DNA of 63,409 bases, counting the filler, from Octopus bimaculoides (lineage: Eukaryota), in assembly GCF_001194135.2 (NCBI RefSeq). It is 4 parts of 4 records of this genome, joined end to end, with 100 filler letters (N's around TTAATTAATTAA, not from the genome) between each part and the next. Parts side by side here need not be neighbours in the genome. Positions count along the whole stretch, not along the records: positions 1 to 17,102 come from NC_068983.1; positions 17,203 to 44,622 come from NC_068998.1; 2 more parts are not named here. One strand, 5' to 3'. The notes below the pieces were generated by a model. The model was not told the DNA's origin. It searched no databases and saw only the letters and a program-made list of their open reading frames with translations. Positions 13,870-24,358 of the stretch are shown in pieces. The position numbers and the translations under genes were made by a program. How positions within the stretch are numbered: position 1 is the stretch's first letter; each line of letters begins with the position of its first letter.

Positions 13870-14200
13870 ACTGACCTGCCGAAGCCCTACGCGCCTTCAG
13901 CACCAAAAGTGTTTTGGGGATTTTTTTATAATTATTCTTTAGAGACTATTTTACGTAATATACGTACCGTGCTTAGTAGAGCTCTCATGTGTATGTTATG
14001 TATGCTTAAGTCCAGGGGTGTTGGTTATATATTTTTCTGCGTAGCTTGTAATCATTCCCATGGAAATTAATATCATGAGTATTGTTTCTATTTTCACTAC
14101 TTATTCGCTGGATGTTTCTATTTCCAGGTCTTTTCTATTTGGTTAATTTCTTGACTTTCTTTTGTATAGTTTTTCTATTTCAATATTGTTATTTTTATTA
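13870..14200 (-). mobile_element. R4/Dong-like LINE 3' end, degenerate
   Basis: Homologous to 46508-46900; followed by long (TAT)n 14235-14387. Confidence 0.55.
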
Positions 14201-14231
14201 GTATTATAATATTATCAAATAAAATAAACTA

Positions 14232-14280
<49 letters not shown>

Positions 14281-14329
14281 CATTATTATTATTATTATTA
14301 TCATTATTATTATTATTATTATTATTATA

Positions 14330-14388
<59 letters not shown>

Positions 14389-15284
14389 GGTAAACACTCC
14401 ACTGTGTTTTCACTTTCTTTAATGTGGTTGCCACTTTCTTATTCAACGCCACCACCGTGGTACTTAGCAGCTTAGAAGTTTGGCTTATTTTCACAGAAAA
14501 AAGAAAAAACTGAGAAAGAAAGACTGTTTAGATGTAGAGTTTCGTGGGCGGCAGTAATGATAAAAACTTACCCAAAGTTCGACAAAGATCGAGAAAGGTC
14601 CCCAAAGACGAAGATAACTTAAGCTGCCAAACTGATGACGTTGTTTGTATAAACCTGGTTTTATTATTATTCAATGGTGGATTTAAACCAAAGAATAACT
14701 GCCGTGGGACAATTTTCTGATTGCAGACGATATTGCTTAGATCTTCTGATTTATTTTATCCTGTTTTAATCAAGTAGACTATTTAATATGTGCAATAAAG
14801 CTGATAATAATCGCCAAAAGAAATTTAATATGAAGTAAATTACGCCGTTTTCAAAAGAGTTAGTTTAGTTTATAGAAAAGTTAGATTTCTCTGGTCGTGG
14901 TTTCTGATCTGATAGCAAAGAAACTGATATAGAATGACTTGAAGAAAATAAACAGGGCAATAGTAATTTTGGATGTTAAGAGAACCCCAAGTCACAGAGT
15001 ACCTTTCATATTGTGATCCACCTTACGGTTTACGCTCGATTAGAGTGATGATGTGGTTGAGGAATATAGTATACTTAGATATTACTACATGCAGTAAGGA
15101 TATTATTATTATTATTATGTTTTTTTTTTCTTTCTTCAAATTTTTTCCCATTTCTCGCCGAGTGTTTTCCGTACACCTAGGGCAGAGAAACGTTGTATGC
15201 ATTCCCAATTTACACACGCAAATTCATAGGTAAAACATGTATTTAAAAAAAATTTTTTTTTTTTTTTTAATCATGAATGGATGT

Positions 15285-15648
15285 TGTTTTCACAGCGATA
15301 ATGCTCTTCTTAGTACATGAGTCGTTCCAGTTAGCACGAGTTTTTGCACCTCCTGTAGAGATGGTAAGCCTGGTATCATTTTCAAATAGATTTCAGTACC
15401 TTTTTTTATCATTCCTAGAGATCCTACAATCACTGGTATGGTAGTCGCCTTGAGGTGCCACATTTTTTCAATTTCTATTAGCAAGTCTTTATATTTACTG
15501 ATCTTGTCAAATTCTTTCGCCGCTATATTATGATCACAGGGAATACTCATGTCAATTAATAAACACGTCTTCTTTATCTGATCTTTTATGATAATATCCG
15601 GTTTATTAGCTTTTATAGTCTTTATTATTTTTATTATTATTATTATTA
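15285..15648 (-). mobile_element. R4/Dong-like LINE restriction-like endonuclease fragment
   Basis: ORF 15290-15550 (KEFDKISKYKDL..IPVIVGSLG..LTGTTHVLRRAL); NKPD-like motif upstream. Confidence 0.9.
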
Positions 15649-15649
15649 C

Positions 15650-16204
15650 TGGGTGAGAGAGCAGTGCATGCCATCAAAGTGACACTGGGGTAAAATATAC
15701 GAAGCCCAGTATGCCCATCATGACTACCCGTCTGATAAGGGTACACCAGGCACATGCATCATAACCATATGTGCGCGACATATTAATCTCATATCAAGAA
15801 AAACAGCGCATGACCTTGCAGGTGAGGCCTAGCTAAAATTTTCTTCATGTCGAGTAGTCCATCCCGCTCAAAAGGTCCCTGAATAAGATTTGTTTAAGGA
15901 TGTTGAACGAAACACCCATGTTTCCAAAGGTGAATAATCCAAACCCCAAAGAACTCTTCTCAACACATGGCTATGATGCTCCCCCACTACTTCTGCTCGT
16001 GATCAGAGATGCAAATATTGTCACCCATTAAGGGACATGCTCAACTGGTTAAGGTCAAGAAACTGACAAGCAAATCTGTGGTATTGAGCAGAATAATTGC
16101 TGTAGCCCATCTTCTATATCAAGACAAAACAATATACATGATAACACTTCCGATCAGTTAAGATCAGAAGCCATGAGAGCCACTGCCTGGTACTGCATCA
16201 GGGC

Positions 16205-16207
<3 letters not shown>
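15650..16207. mobile_element. ~560-bp (TAA)n-flanked element, copy 2 (complete)
   Basis: Both ends in (TAT)n; colinear with the other copies. Confidence 0.9.
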
Positions 16208-16270
<63 letters not shown>

Positions 16271-16274
16271 CATT

Positions 16275-16745
16275 ATTATTATTATTATTATCATTATATG
16301 TCTGACTTTTGCTTGGTATTTGTAAAGTTGGCTCCAAGTCTCACCCAGAGACCTCGAGAGACAAGTTAGAAGTCCATATTGGTGTTATATCTAGAGTGTC
16401 ATATATTTGGTTTTGTGCAAAGTATTATTCTAGAGAATGTTTAAGAAAGCATAAGAAAATTATAAGTTTGTTTTAAAATTTGAGAGGTAAAGTCGGTCTA
16501 CCTTAGGGTAGTGCATTTTATGCATTCTCAACAATTTTTGTATTTTTCTGTCAAGATTACATGTTTCAGCAGTTGACTAGTTAATGATATTGAAAGTGTA
16601 AGTCTCGACTGGTATGGCTAAAGAATTGATCGCTTCGATCCTGTTTCTTGCATTCAGCTCTGTCTTGAGTATTGCCCTGCGATAACATTCTCTTCTGATA
16701 CTTTCCCTCATCACTGAATATTTGATTCCGTTCCTTTCAAATACC
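16275..16745 (-). mobile_element. R4/Dong-like LINE RT-thumb region and 3' end, degenerate
   Basis: Minus strand reads ILKTELNARNRIEAINSLAIPV..LDRKIQKLLRMHKMHYPK. Confidence 0.75.
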
Positions 16746-16764
16746 TTATTATTATTATTATTGT

Positions 16765-17102
16765 TCAGTAGTTTTATTTTTATAACGTGCTTTCACTTCA
16801 CTACCGAGCGCAGCTCTGTGCGCCTTGGGTATGTGCTGTGGTATGCTGTGGTGCTCTTATGGTTACTGTATTGAAAATGTTTTGCGTAGGATGTGTGCTG
16901 TGCCTAGTAGTGCAATTTTCTGTATGTTATATATATTTGTAAGTCCTGGTGTTTTTGTTATGTATTTGTCTGAATATTTTTTTTATTATACCTAAGGCAC
17001 CTACTATAATAGGAATTGTTTCTGTTTTTAGATTCCACATTCGAGTTACCTCTATTTCCAGGTATTTGTATTTTGAAAGTTTTTCCATTTCTTTTAGAGA
17101 GA
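16765..17102 (-). mobile_element. R4/Dong-like LINE 3' end, young copy running into a gap
   Basis: Nearly identical to 46508-46840. Confidence 0.9.
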
Positions 17103-17404
17103 NNNNNNNNNNNNNNNNNNNNNNNNNNNNNNNNNNNNNNNNNNNNTTAATTAATTAANNNNNNNNNNNNNNNNNNNNNNNNNNNNNNNNNNNNNNNNNN
17201 NNGTGCATAGGTTTGGCTTATTGTGGTTGTTTCTGTTATTATAATTGTTGCTGCAATAAAGTATCTTCAATGCATTGATTTTGAGCTCTATCCTTTAAGA
17301 GACATGTATACATATATATATACAAAAACTCAACTCTGAGCTTTTTGCTAAGACTGTTAACAGATACTATATATTTTGTAAAATTTGTTTTATAAAAGTA
17401 TATA

Positions 17405-17446
<42 letters not shown>

Positions 17447-17448
<2 letters not shown>

Positions 17449-17560
17449 GACGGGCTTCTTTCAGTTTCTGTCTACCAAATCCTCTCGCAATGCTTTGGTC
17501 GGCCCAAGACACTTGCTCAAGGTGCTGCGCAGTGGGACTGAAGCCGGAACCATGTGGTTG
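17447..17560 (-). mobile_element. SINE family A 5' fragment
   Basis: Reverse complement of the family A head. Confidence 0.75.
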
Positions 17561-17993
17561 GTATATCATATATAGTATATATATACTTCTAATATAACGA
17601 TAGAATTTTATTAAAATGTTTTCTCAGTGGACACCATATGAACAATACCTTTTAAAGGGAAAATTATATAACTACAATTTAAGGCAAAAATCATTATTTG
17701 CCAAAATAGTTAGAAATATACTCTAAATTTTCTAGACGATTTAGTGACCCTGTTTTGGAAGTTAAACGCATCCACTTCGATGATGCATGTTAAACTTTCA
17801 GAAACACACAAAATAGATTGTTTAAAGATTGATAAAGATTGATAAACATTTATTGTGTGTATTATCGGTACGTTCGTAACTTCGTCCTTTCTCTGACAAC
17901 GTTATAGTGAACAGTTTCAATAATATATGTATTTGGTTGTCGTTATTTTTTTCTAATTCGATTTAATTTAATGACGATTTTTCTGGTTTACAG

Positions 17994-18075
17994 GAAGTAC
18001 GATGAATTCCTTAAATGCGTTTTTTTAGGTGTCGACTACTGTCATGACTATTATAGATTTTTCCATTCATGTGCC
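17994..18075 (+). CDS. Gene A exon 3: C-terminal half of six-Cys domain (xKYDEFLKCVFLGVDYCHDYYRFFHSCA)
   Basis: tttttctggtttacag acceptor, GCC|GTAAGT donor; 82 nt, phase 2 to 0 and C-x7-C-x9-C spacing identical to exon 3 of genes B and C. Confidence 0.85.
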
Positions 18076-18642
18076 GTAAGTTGTCTACTATTTTACTTTT
18101 GTTGGGAGACGAGTACGACATAAAGCTAATCAATACAGAATATATCATATTTCTACCTTTTGTTGATTTTTCTTTCGATTCAGACTGGCCTTTGACAAAA
18201 GAAATGCCACACTTTGATGGTGGAAGCATCGGAGATGTTGAACAACATGGGCTTTCATATTGCAACTTTTTTCAATATTACTATTATATTTATTTGCCAA
18301 TAAGTACCAAACATCGAAAGAAAGAGTTGGTCAAACTAATGATGTGTATGTTATATATTCTAAACGCATTATTATTCTAGCGAATGAAGGATCTGAAAAG
18401 TATAATTCATTAACAAACAATGATCATCCTTGTGGCATACTTGATAGATTTTATAAAATAACCTAATGATATTTTAACATCTGCGTCCTTTGAATTTGAA
18501 ATCTATTTTCACTGAGCTTAAACAAACATGTTTAATGCCATAGTTGACATTCAACCACCAGCATTCTCAGGACACTTTTTTCCATCTAACATAAACCTTA
18601 GGTCTTTGGATGATACTCGGTCGGAACATGGAATGAAATGCA

Positions 18643-18705
<63 letters not shown>

Positions 18706-18709
<4 letters not shown>

Positions 18710-19282
18710 GCCCGGATGCAGTAATTATGCCCGGATGCAGTACCAGGCAGTGGCTCTCATGGCTTCTGATCTTAACTGATTGGAAGTGTTATCATGTACA
18801 TTGTTTTGTCTTGGTATAAAAGATGGGCTACAGCAAATATTCTGCTTAATACCACAGATTTGCTTGTCAGTTGTTTGACCTTAACCAGTTGAGCATGTCC
18901 CTTAGTGGCTGATGATATGTGCATCTCTGATCATGAGCATAAGTTGTGGGGGAGCATCATAGCCATGTGTTGAGAGGAATTATTTGGGGTTTGAATAATT
19001 CAACTTTGGAAACATGGGTGTTTTGCTCAACATCGTTAAACAAACCTTATTCAGGGACCTTTTGAGCGGGATGGGTTACTCGACCTGAAGAAAATTCTAA
19101 CTGGGCCCCACCTGCAAGGTCATGCGCTGTTTATCTTGATATGAGATCACCATGTCGCATACATATGGTTGTGATGCATGTGCCTGGTGTACCCTTATCA
19201 GACGGGTAGTCATGATGGGTATATTGGGCTTCGTATATTTTACCCCAGTGTCACTTTGATGGCATGCACTGCTCTCTTACTC
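18706..19282. mobile_element. ~560-bp (TAA)n-flanked element, copy 3 (opposite orientation)
   Basis: Both ends in (TAA)n; short terminal duplication atgcccggatgcagta. Confidence 0.9.
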
Positions 19283-19298
19283 AATAATAATAATAATA

Positions 19299-19373
<75 letters not shown>

Positions 19374-19377
19374 GGAG

Positions 19378-19493
19378 AAATAGGTGGAAAACCGAGTTTA
19401 GTACAGCTGCAGAAGACAAGGCAATTACGGACAGCTAGGATAATTTTCTTTTCCAACAGTCTAATCTGTTGAGTGTATAATAATACCAACAAC

Positions 19494-19550
<57 letters not shown>

Positions 19551-20130
19551 TACAACAACAACAACAATAATAATAAAAAAATAATAATAAAAATAATAGT
19601 ACCACCCTACTAATGAGCTTGAAGGAGTATTACGTATGTGAAAGCATTCAGTGATGATATTGGGATGGAATTTGTTATTGAAAATGTGGTAGCCAACTTT
19701 CCAGAAAGGGAAACTGAACACATCGCATTCAGCAGCAGTGTTGGAGTCATGAACGTACTCGAGTAGGAAGAAACTTACAGTCATCTTGGAATAAATGAGG
19801 GCTCTGGCATTCAACATGCAAGTATGAATGAGAAGAGTTCGTGTCAGTATTTTCCACATGAAGTGGCAAGCCGAATATCGGCATGCAATTGCCTACCCTA
19901 TTGTCTTTTTCGATGTTTTCAAGCACAGCATTGTCCCAACCATTGTCAAAAAAAAAATCTAGCATAACCTGGTTGGCATTTAACAAGGAGTTGGGTTATG
20001 CATCTATTCGGGCACGACATTCAACAAATCTTTTGATCCAGCAGCCTTGAACTCCGTCTTGTTCTGGGACCACATTTGCTCACTTTTTTGTAATCCTCTT
20101 GTCCCTCCCCACAATATGTCAGACTTTCTA
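19378..20130 (+). mobile_element. R4/Dong-like LINE fragments, degenerate
   Basis: LQKTRQLRTARI-like C-terminus after (TAA)n; decayed DIGMEF RT motif near 19660. Confidence 0.5.
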
Positions 20131-20454
20131 CCTTTAGCAGAAAGTATTATTTTCATTCGTAATATATGTATCATTAATGTTACTTCTGCTAATTAATATT
20201 ATCCTTTTTTAACTATTGAGTGTATATTCATACATTCATTCATATACTACGTAGCACTGTATGATTTCATGAGAAACCGAATTTACTCACTTGAATTATA
20301 TTATTCATTAGTCAGAAAGTGTATATTATTAGCAATGTTATAATATTATATGGCGAAATCCATAAACTCATAAAGTTATATTTAAGAAACTATAATATAT
20401 ACGATTTTTGTTTTTAGAATTTATATTATAAATATCTTACCTCTTTCATTTTAG

Positions 20455-20490
20455 CGAAAGATACTAATCGAGCAAGAGAGAAGACTTAAG
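20455..20490 (+). CDS. Gene A micro-exon 4a (RKILIEQERRLK)
   Basis: cctctttcattttag acceptor, AAG|GTACGT donor, 36 nt phase 0-0 with no stop; flanks paralogous to exon 4b. Confidence 0.7.
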
Positions 20491-20723
20491 GTACGTGATG
20501 TCATCGCATCGACTGAAAAATCATTTCAACTGCAGTGCAAATATAATATTTTAATTTACACCAGCATAGATATTTTAACATAACTACTTTACTTTGTTAT
20601 ATAGTAAACTGAATAACAGTGTTAAATTGATTTGTCAAATTTGTTAAATATTTGATAAACGACTTAATAACATTCCTAATGCAATATGACAACATAAATA
20701 TATCAGTTATTAACTGTAGCAAC

Positions 20724-20915
20724 AAGGTAGCGAGTTGGCAGAGTCATTTATGCGCTGGACAAAATGTTAAGCGGTGTTTAGTCTCTCTGAGTTCAAATAC
20801 CACCGAGGTCAACTTTCGATTTCACCTTTTCCGGGAAAAAAAATTGGGTCGATGTAATCAACTAGTTCCTATCCCGAGGTTTGAGTCCTTGTGCCTTTAG
20901 CAGAAAGGGCTATTT
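20724..20915 (+). mobile_element. SINE family B
   Basis: Family B head and core. Confidence 0.75.
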
Positions 20916-21019
20916 ATTTCACTAATACCTTAATTATTTGCGGGTCTATAAAATAAGTCCCAGCTAAAACCTAGCGTCGATATAATCGACTAACTCCCTT
21001 CATCGATATCCCTGGCCTT

Positions 21020-21960
21020 CAGCAAAAATTCGACAAGCTGTTGGCATCGCTTTTAGTGTCCAGTTTCTTGTTCAAGGTCATCACTTTCCTAGTTTGTCTC
21101 TCTAATTTCTCTGTGCTATATTGAATTAAAAAGACAACCCATCTATTCATTGTTCTTGTCCTATTCTTTCCATTAAGTCTACCAACTATAAATAACTTGG
21201 TCATCCTTAAGTATTCTCGCCTAAAGTAAATGAAAAGTATATCACACTTATTAATCATCAAGTTCATCCTCAGATCTGAACGAAGTATATTCGATGTCTA
21301 AATACAGGAATTTATTTCACGTTCAGTCTTGCAGAAAATCATGCAGTTAAATCAACGTTTTCATTACATTTGAAACTGAGTCATGATGCCACATTCTCTG
21401 ATATCTATGTGGGTGAGATCACACTTATCACGAACAGATTATTCCCCTCAACTGTCACTGTCCAGATACTAAACTTCACTACAAACTCTCCAGATAATGT
21501 TACATCTGTGTTACATGTTCTCATCGATCTTCTGAAAAAAATTAATACTCTCAGTAGGTATCTGTATCAAATAAAGTCTTTATACAATCCAGAAAGTGGA
21601 CTGTGGTATGTTATAAGCGTTCGTATAGTTCATCCATGCTTTCCCATATCAATATGTATTTTTTTTCTAGCTCTTCATTCTATCTATTAGTGTCGATACC
21701 TTGTCCCTCGGTGTCTAATCCTGCAGCATCTCTATTCACAACGGGGTTAGACAAGAACTGTATGTCGATGAACACATTGCCTTTCATAAATCGGGTGGGG
21801 GGGATCAATAGAAGAAGTAAGATTTCTGTGTGGGTTTCAATTTCACCTCCCTTGAAATTGCTGAATTTATACAAACATTTCACACAAAAAAACCTTAAGG
21901 CAATGGCGGGCAGAATTATTAACACTCCGTACCAAACAGTTAGGGTCATCTTGTACTTTT
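21020..21960 (-). mobile_element. R4/Dong-like LINE reverse-transcriptase fragment, degenerate
   Basis: Minus strand GKAWMNYTNAYNIPQS resembles (LSM)AWIDYKKAYDMVPHS. Confidence 0.65.
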
Positions 21961-22388
21961 TTATGAACTAAGTCCAAATACTACCGATGGCGACTCTGCC
22001 TCTCATCTTTTCGGGATCGGCAAAAAGTGCAGTCTCTGCTCACAATATTAAAGGCTCTGTGCCTATAGCAGGAATGAATATTATTGTAATCGATATTATC
22101 TTTATCATTAATGTTACCTCTGACAATTGACATTATGCTTTTTTTACCATTGATTTATATTGAGTCATTTATCAATATATTAAACATTACATTGTGAACT
22201 CATGAGACAACGAATTTGCACCTTTGAATTACATTATCCTTCATCAGAGGGTGGATGTTACTAGCAATGTTTTGATATTATTTGACGAAATCCAGGTCAA
22301 ACTCAAAAAGTTATATTTTTTAACACATATTAAATAGAATTTTAGTTTTCGGATTTATACTTTAAGGATATTTCCTCTTTCATTTTAG

Positions 22389-22424
22389 GAAAGGCTCAGA
22401 AATGGTTCCAGTTCCCAAAATAAG
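22389..22424 (+). CDS. Gene A micro-exon 4b (ERLRNGSSSQNK), putative GPI omega site
   Basis: cctctttcattttag acceptor, AAG|GTACGT donor, 36 nt phase 0-0; N-G-S-S small residues. Confidence 0.85.
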
Positions 22425-23146
22425 GTACGTGATGTCATCGCATCTACTGAATACTCATTTGAACTGCAATATGAACATACTACTTTAATTTACACTAGCA
22501 TAAAAAAACATATTGTAAGGTAACCGCTTTGCTATATTACATTGTAAAGAGAATATCAGTGTCATATAGATTTATTATATTTTTGAAATATTTGATAAAC
22601 GAGTTAATAATATTCCGAGAGCAATATGACAATATCGATAAATCAATTAATACTGGTAGTAATGAGCTGGCTCTATCGTTAGCACGTTCTGGTTTGAAAT
22701 TCCGCGGAAGACGACTTTGCCTTTCATATTCTAGGATTTGATACATTAAATACAAGTCAAGTGGTGCTGGTGTCGATGTGATCAACCCAAAATTTCAGGG
22801 CTTCTGCCTATATAAGAAATAGCCATTACTTGTAGCAGTAAAAGTAACTGATGATAAATCTATTATCATATCAGTCCTACAGGAAACATAATATCAATGT
22901 TGTTTACGTACATTAAAATCATTGTTTTTCGTCAAATTATGAAAAATATATGCAACAAAACGTGTCATTTTCATGGAATTATCACAATATGAACATACAC
23001 ATTCGCCATTCAAAAACTCCCGATGTTGAAATTCCTATTCGTCATTGATTTCTGGAGAAAAGTTCGTCGCAAATGAATTTCATATATATATTTTCTTTTG
23101 GCATTTATGAACATGTCCCATATTTGTTTTTCTATTCTCTTTACAG

Positions 23147-23206
23147 ATGTTGTTCACAGCAGCAGCCGTTACTGCATTTGTGGGAACATTATTAATGCAT
23201 AACTAA
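23147..23206 (+). CDS. Gene A terminal exon 5 (MLFTAAAVTAFVGTLLMHN*), GPI-signal hydrophobic tail
   Basis: tctattctctttacag acceptor; paralogous to 32923-32982 and 38952-39005. Confidence 0.85.
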   Translation: MLFTAAAVTAFVGTLLMHN

Positions 23207-23347
23207 GTAAATTGAATGCTACCACGATAATATTATCGTTGATTCTGAAAATTTGGACGATGCGCCAGTTATGCTTTCTTGAAATATGTCATTCACGAAA
23301 GAATGTGTTAAAACAATTAAATATATATATATTTTTAACTTACTTCT

Positions 23348-23353
23348 AATAAA
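23348..23353 (+). promoter_or_regulatory. Putative polyadenylation signal of gene A
   Basis: AATAAA in a context (ttacttctaataaa) conserved in genes B (33127) and C (ATTAAA 39219). Confidence 0.55.
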
Positions 23354-23979
23354 GCCTCGAACGTTCAAAATCTATTTAATTATTTTATTATGTTACTGCA
23401 TACATCGAAACACCACTCACTGTATTAGAAAACAATCTACCTAATTCAGAAGAATTGTATATACTTTGTTACACAATATAGTAATTAATATTATTCTCAA
23501 TATTGGAAGTACCTGTATTTATTGGTGTGTAAATACTCAGTGTATATGTGCGTACTGCTTCATCTGTATTTAAATACGTATATGTACATAAACACCTACC
23601 CATGTACAGATATTTATATATACATATACATATGGATTCAGGGACTTATATACTCTCACACACAGATTTTACAGTTAGCGATTTCATAAATACAAGAGGA
23701 ATTTTCAAAATAAAATATATAGAAAGTTTCTGAGGATTTTTTTTTCTACACATGGAGCAGGAGAGAAAAAACAGAAGAAGAAGGAAGGGAGAAGAGAAGT
23801 GAACGGGAGAAAGGAAGACAGGAAAGAATGAGGGAAGAAGACTGAAAAATAAACAGAAAAAAGAATGTATCTGGGGATGGTCTGTTATGAACAAGTAGTT
23901 ATTGCTTAATGAAATTTCAATATTTATATAGATATTAAAATTGTTTTGTATTTCTGAAGTCAATACAAAGCATTCTTGT

Positions 23980-24358
23980 GGAGGCGCAATGGCCCAGTGG
24001 TTAGGGCAGCGGACTCGCGGTCATAAGATCGCGGTTTCGATTCCCAGACCGGGCGTTGTGAGTGTTTATTGAGCGAAAACACCTAAAGCTCCACGAGGCT
24101 CCGGCAGGGGATGGTATCGAACCCCGCTGTACTCTTCCACCACAACTTTCTCTCACTCTTACTTCCTGCTTCTGTTGTGCCTGTAATTCTAAGGGTCAGC
24201 CTTGTCACACTGTGTCACGCTGAATATCCCCGAGAATTACGTTAAGGGTACACGTGTCTGTGGAGTGCTCAGCCACTTGCACGTTAATTTCACGAGCAGG
24301 CTGCTTCGTTGATCGGATCAACTGGAACCCTCGACGTCGTAAGCGACGGAGTGCCAAC
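23980..24358 (+). mobile_element. tRNA-derived SINE family C, near full-length
   Basis: tRNA-like head with A box (TGGCCCAGTGG) and B-box-like GTTTCGATTCC, then ~300-nt body and (ACA)-like tail. Confidence 0.85.

Noticed and set aside
14973-15093. Candidate exon 2 for gene A (..LDITTC A|gtaagg)
   Set aside because: Ends in phase 1 while exon 3 needs phase 2; weak acceptor; Cys spacing does not match
17147-17158. TTAATTAATTAA islands inside N gaps (also 44667 and 61277)
   Set aside because: Identical motif centred in equal-length gaps: scaffolding artefact, not biology
17736-17866. Candidate exon just upstream of gene A exon 3
   Set aside because: In-frame stop and no Cys pattern
23980-24060. 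tRNA gene calls for SINE heads (also 34778 and 61576)
   Set aside because: No complete cloverleaf or acceptor stem; they continue into repeat bodies
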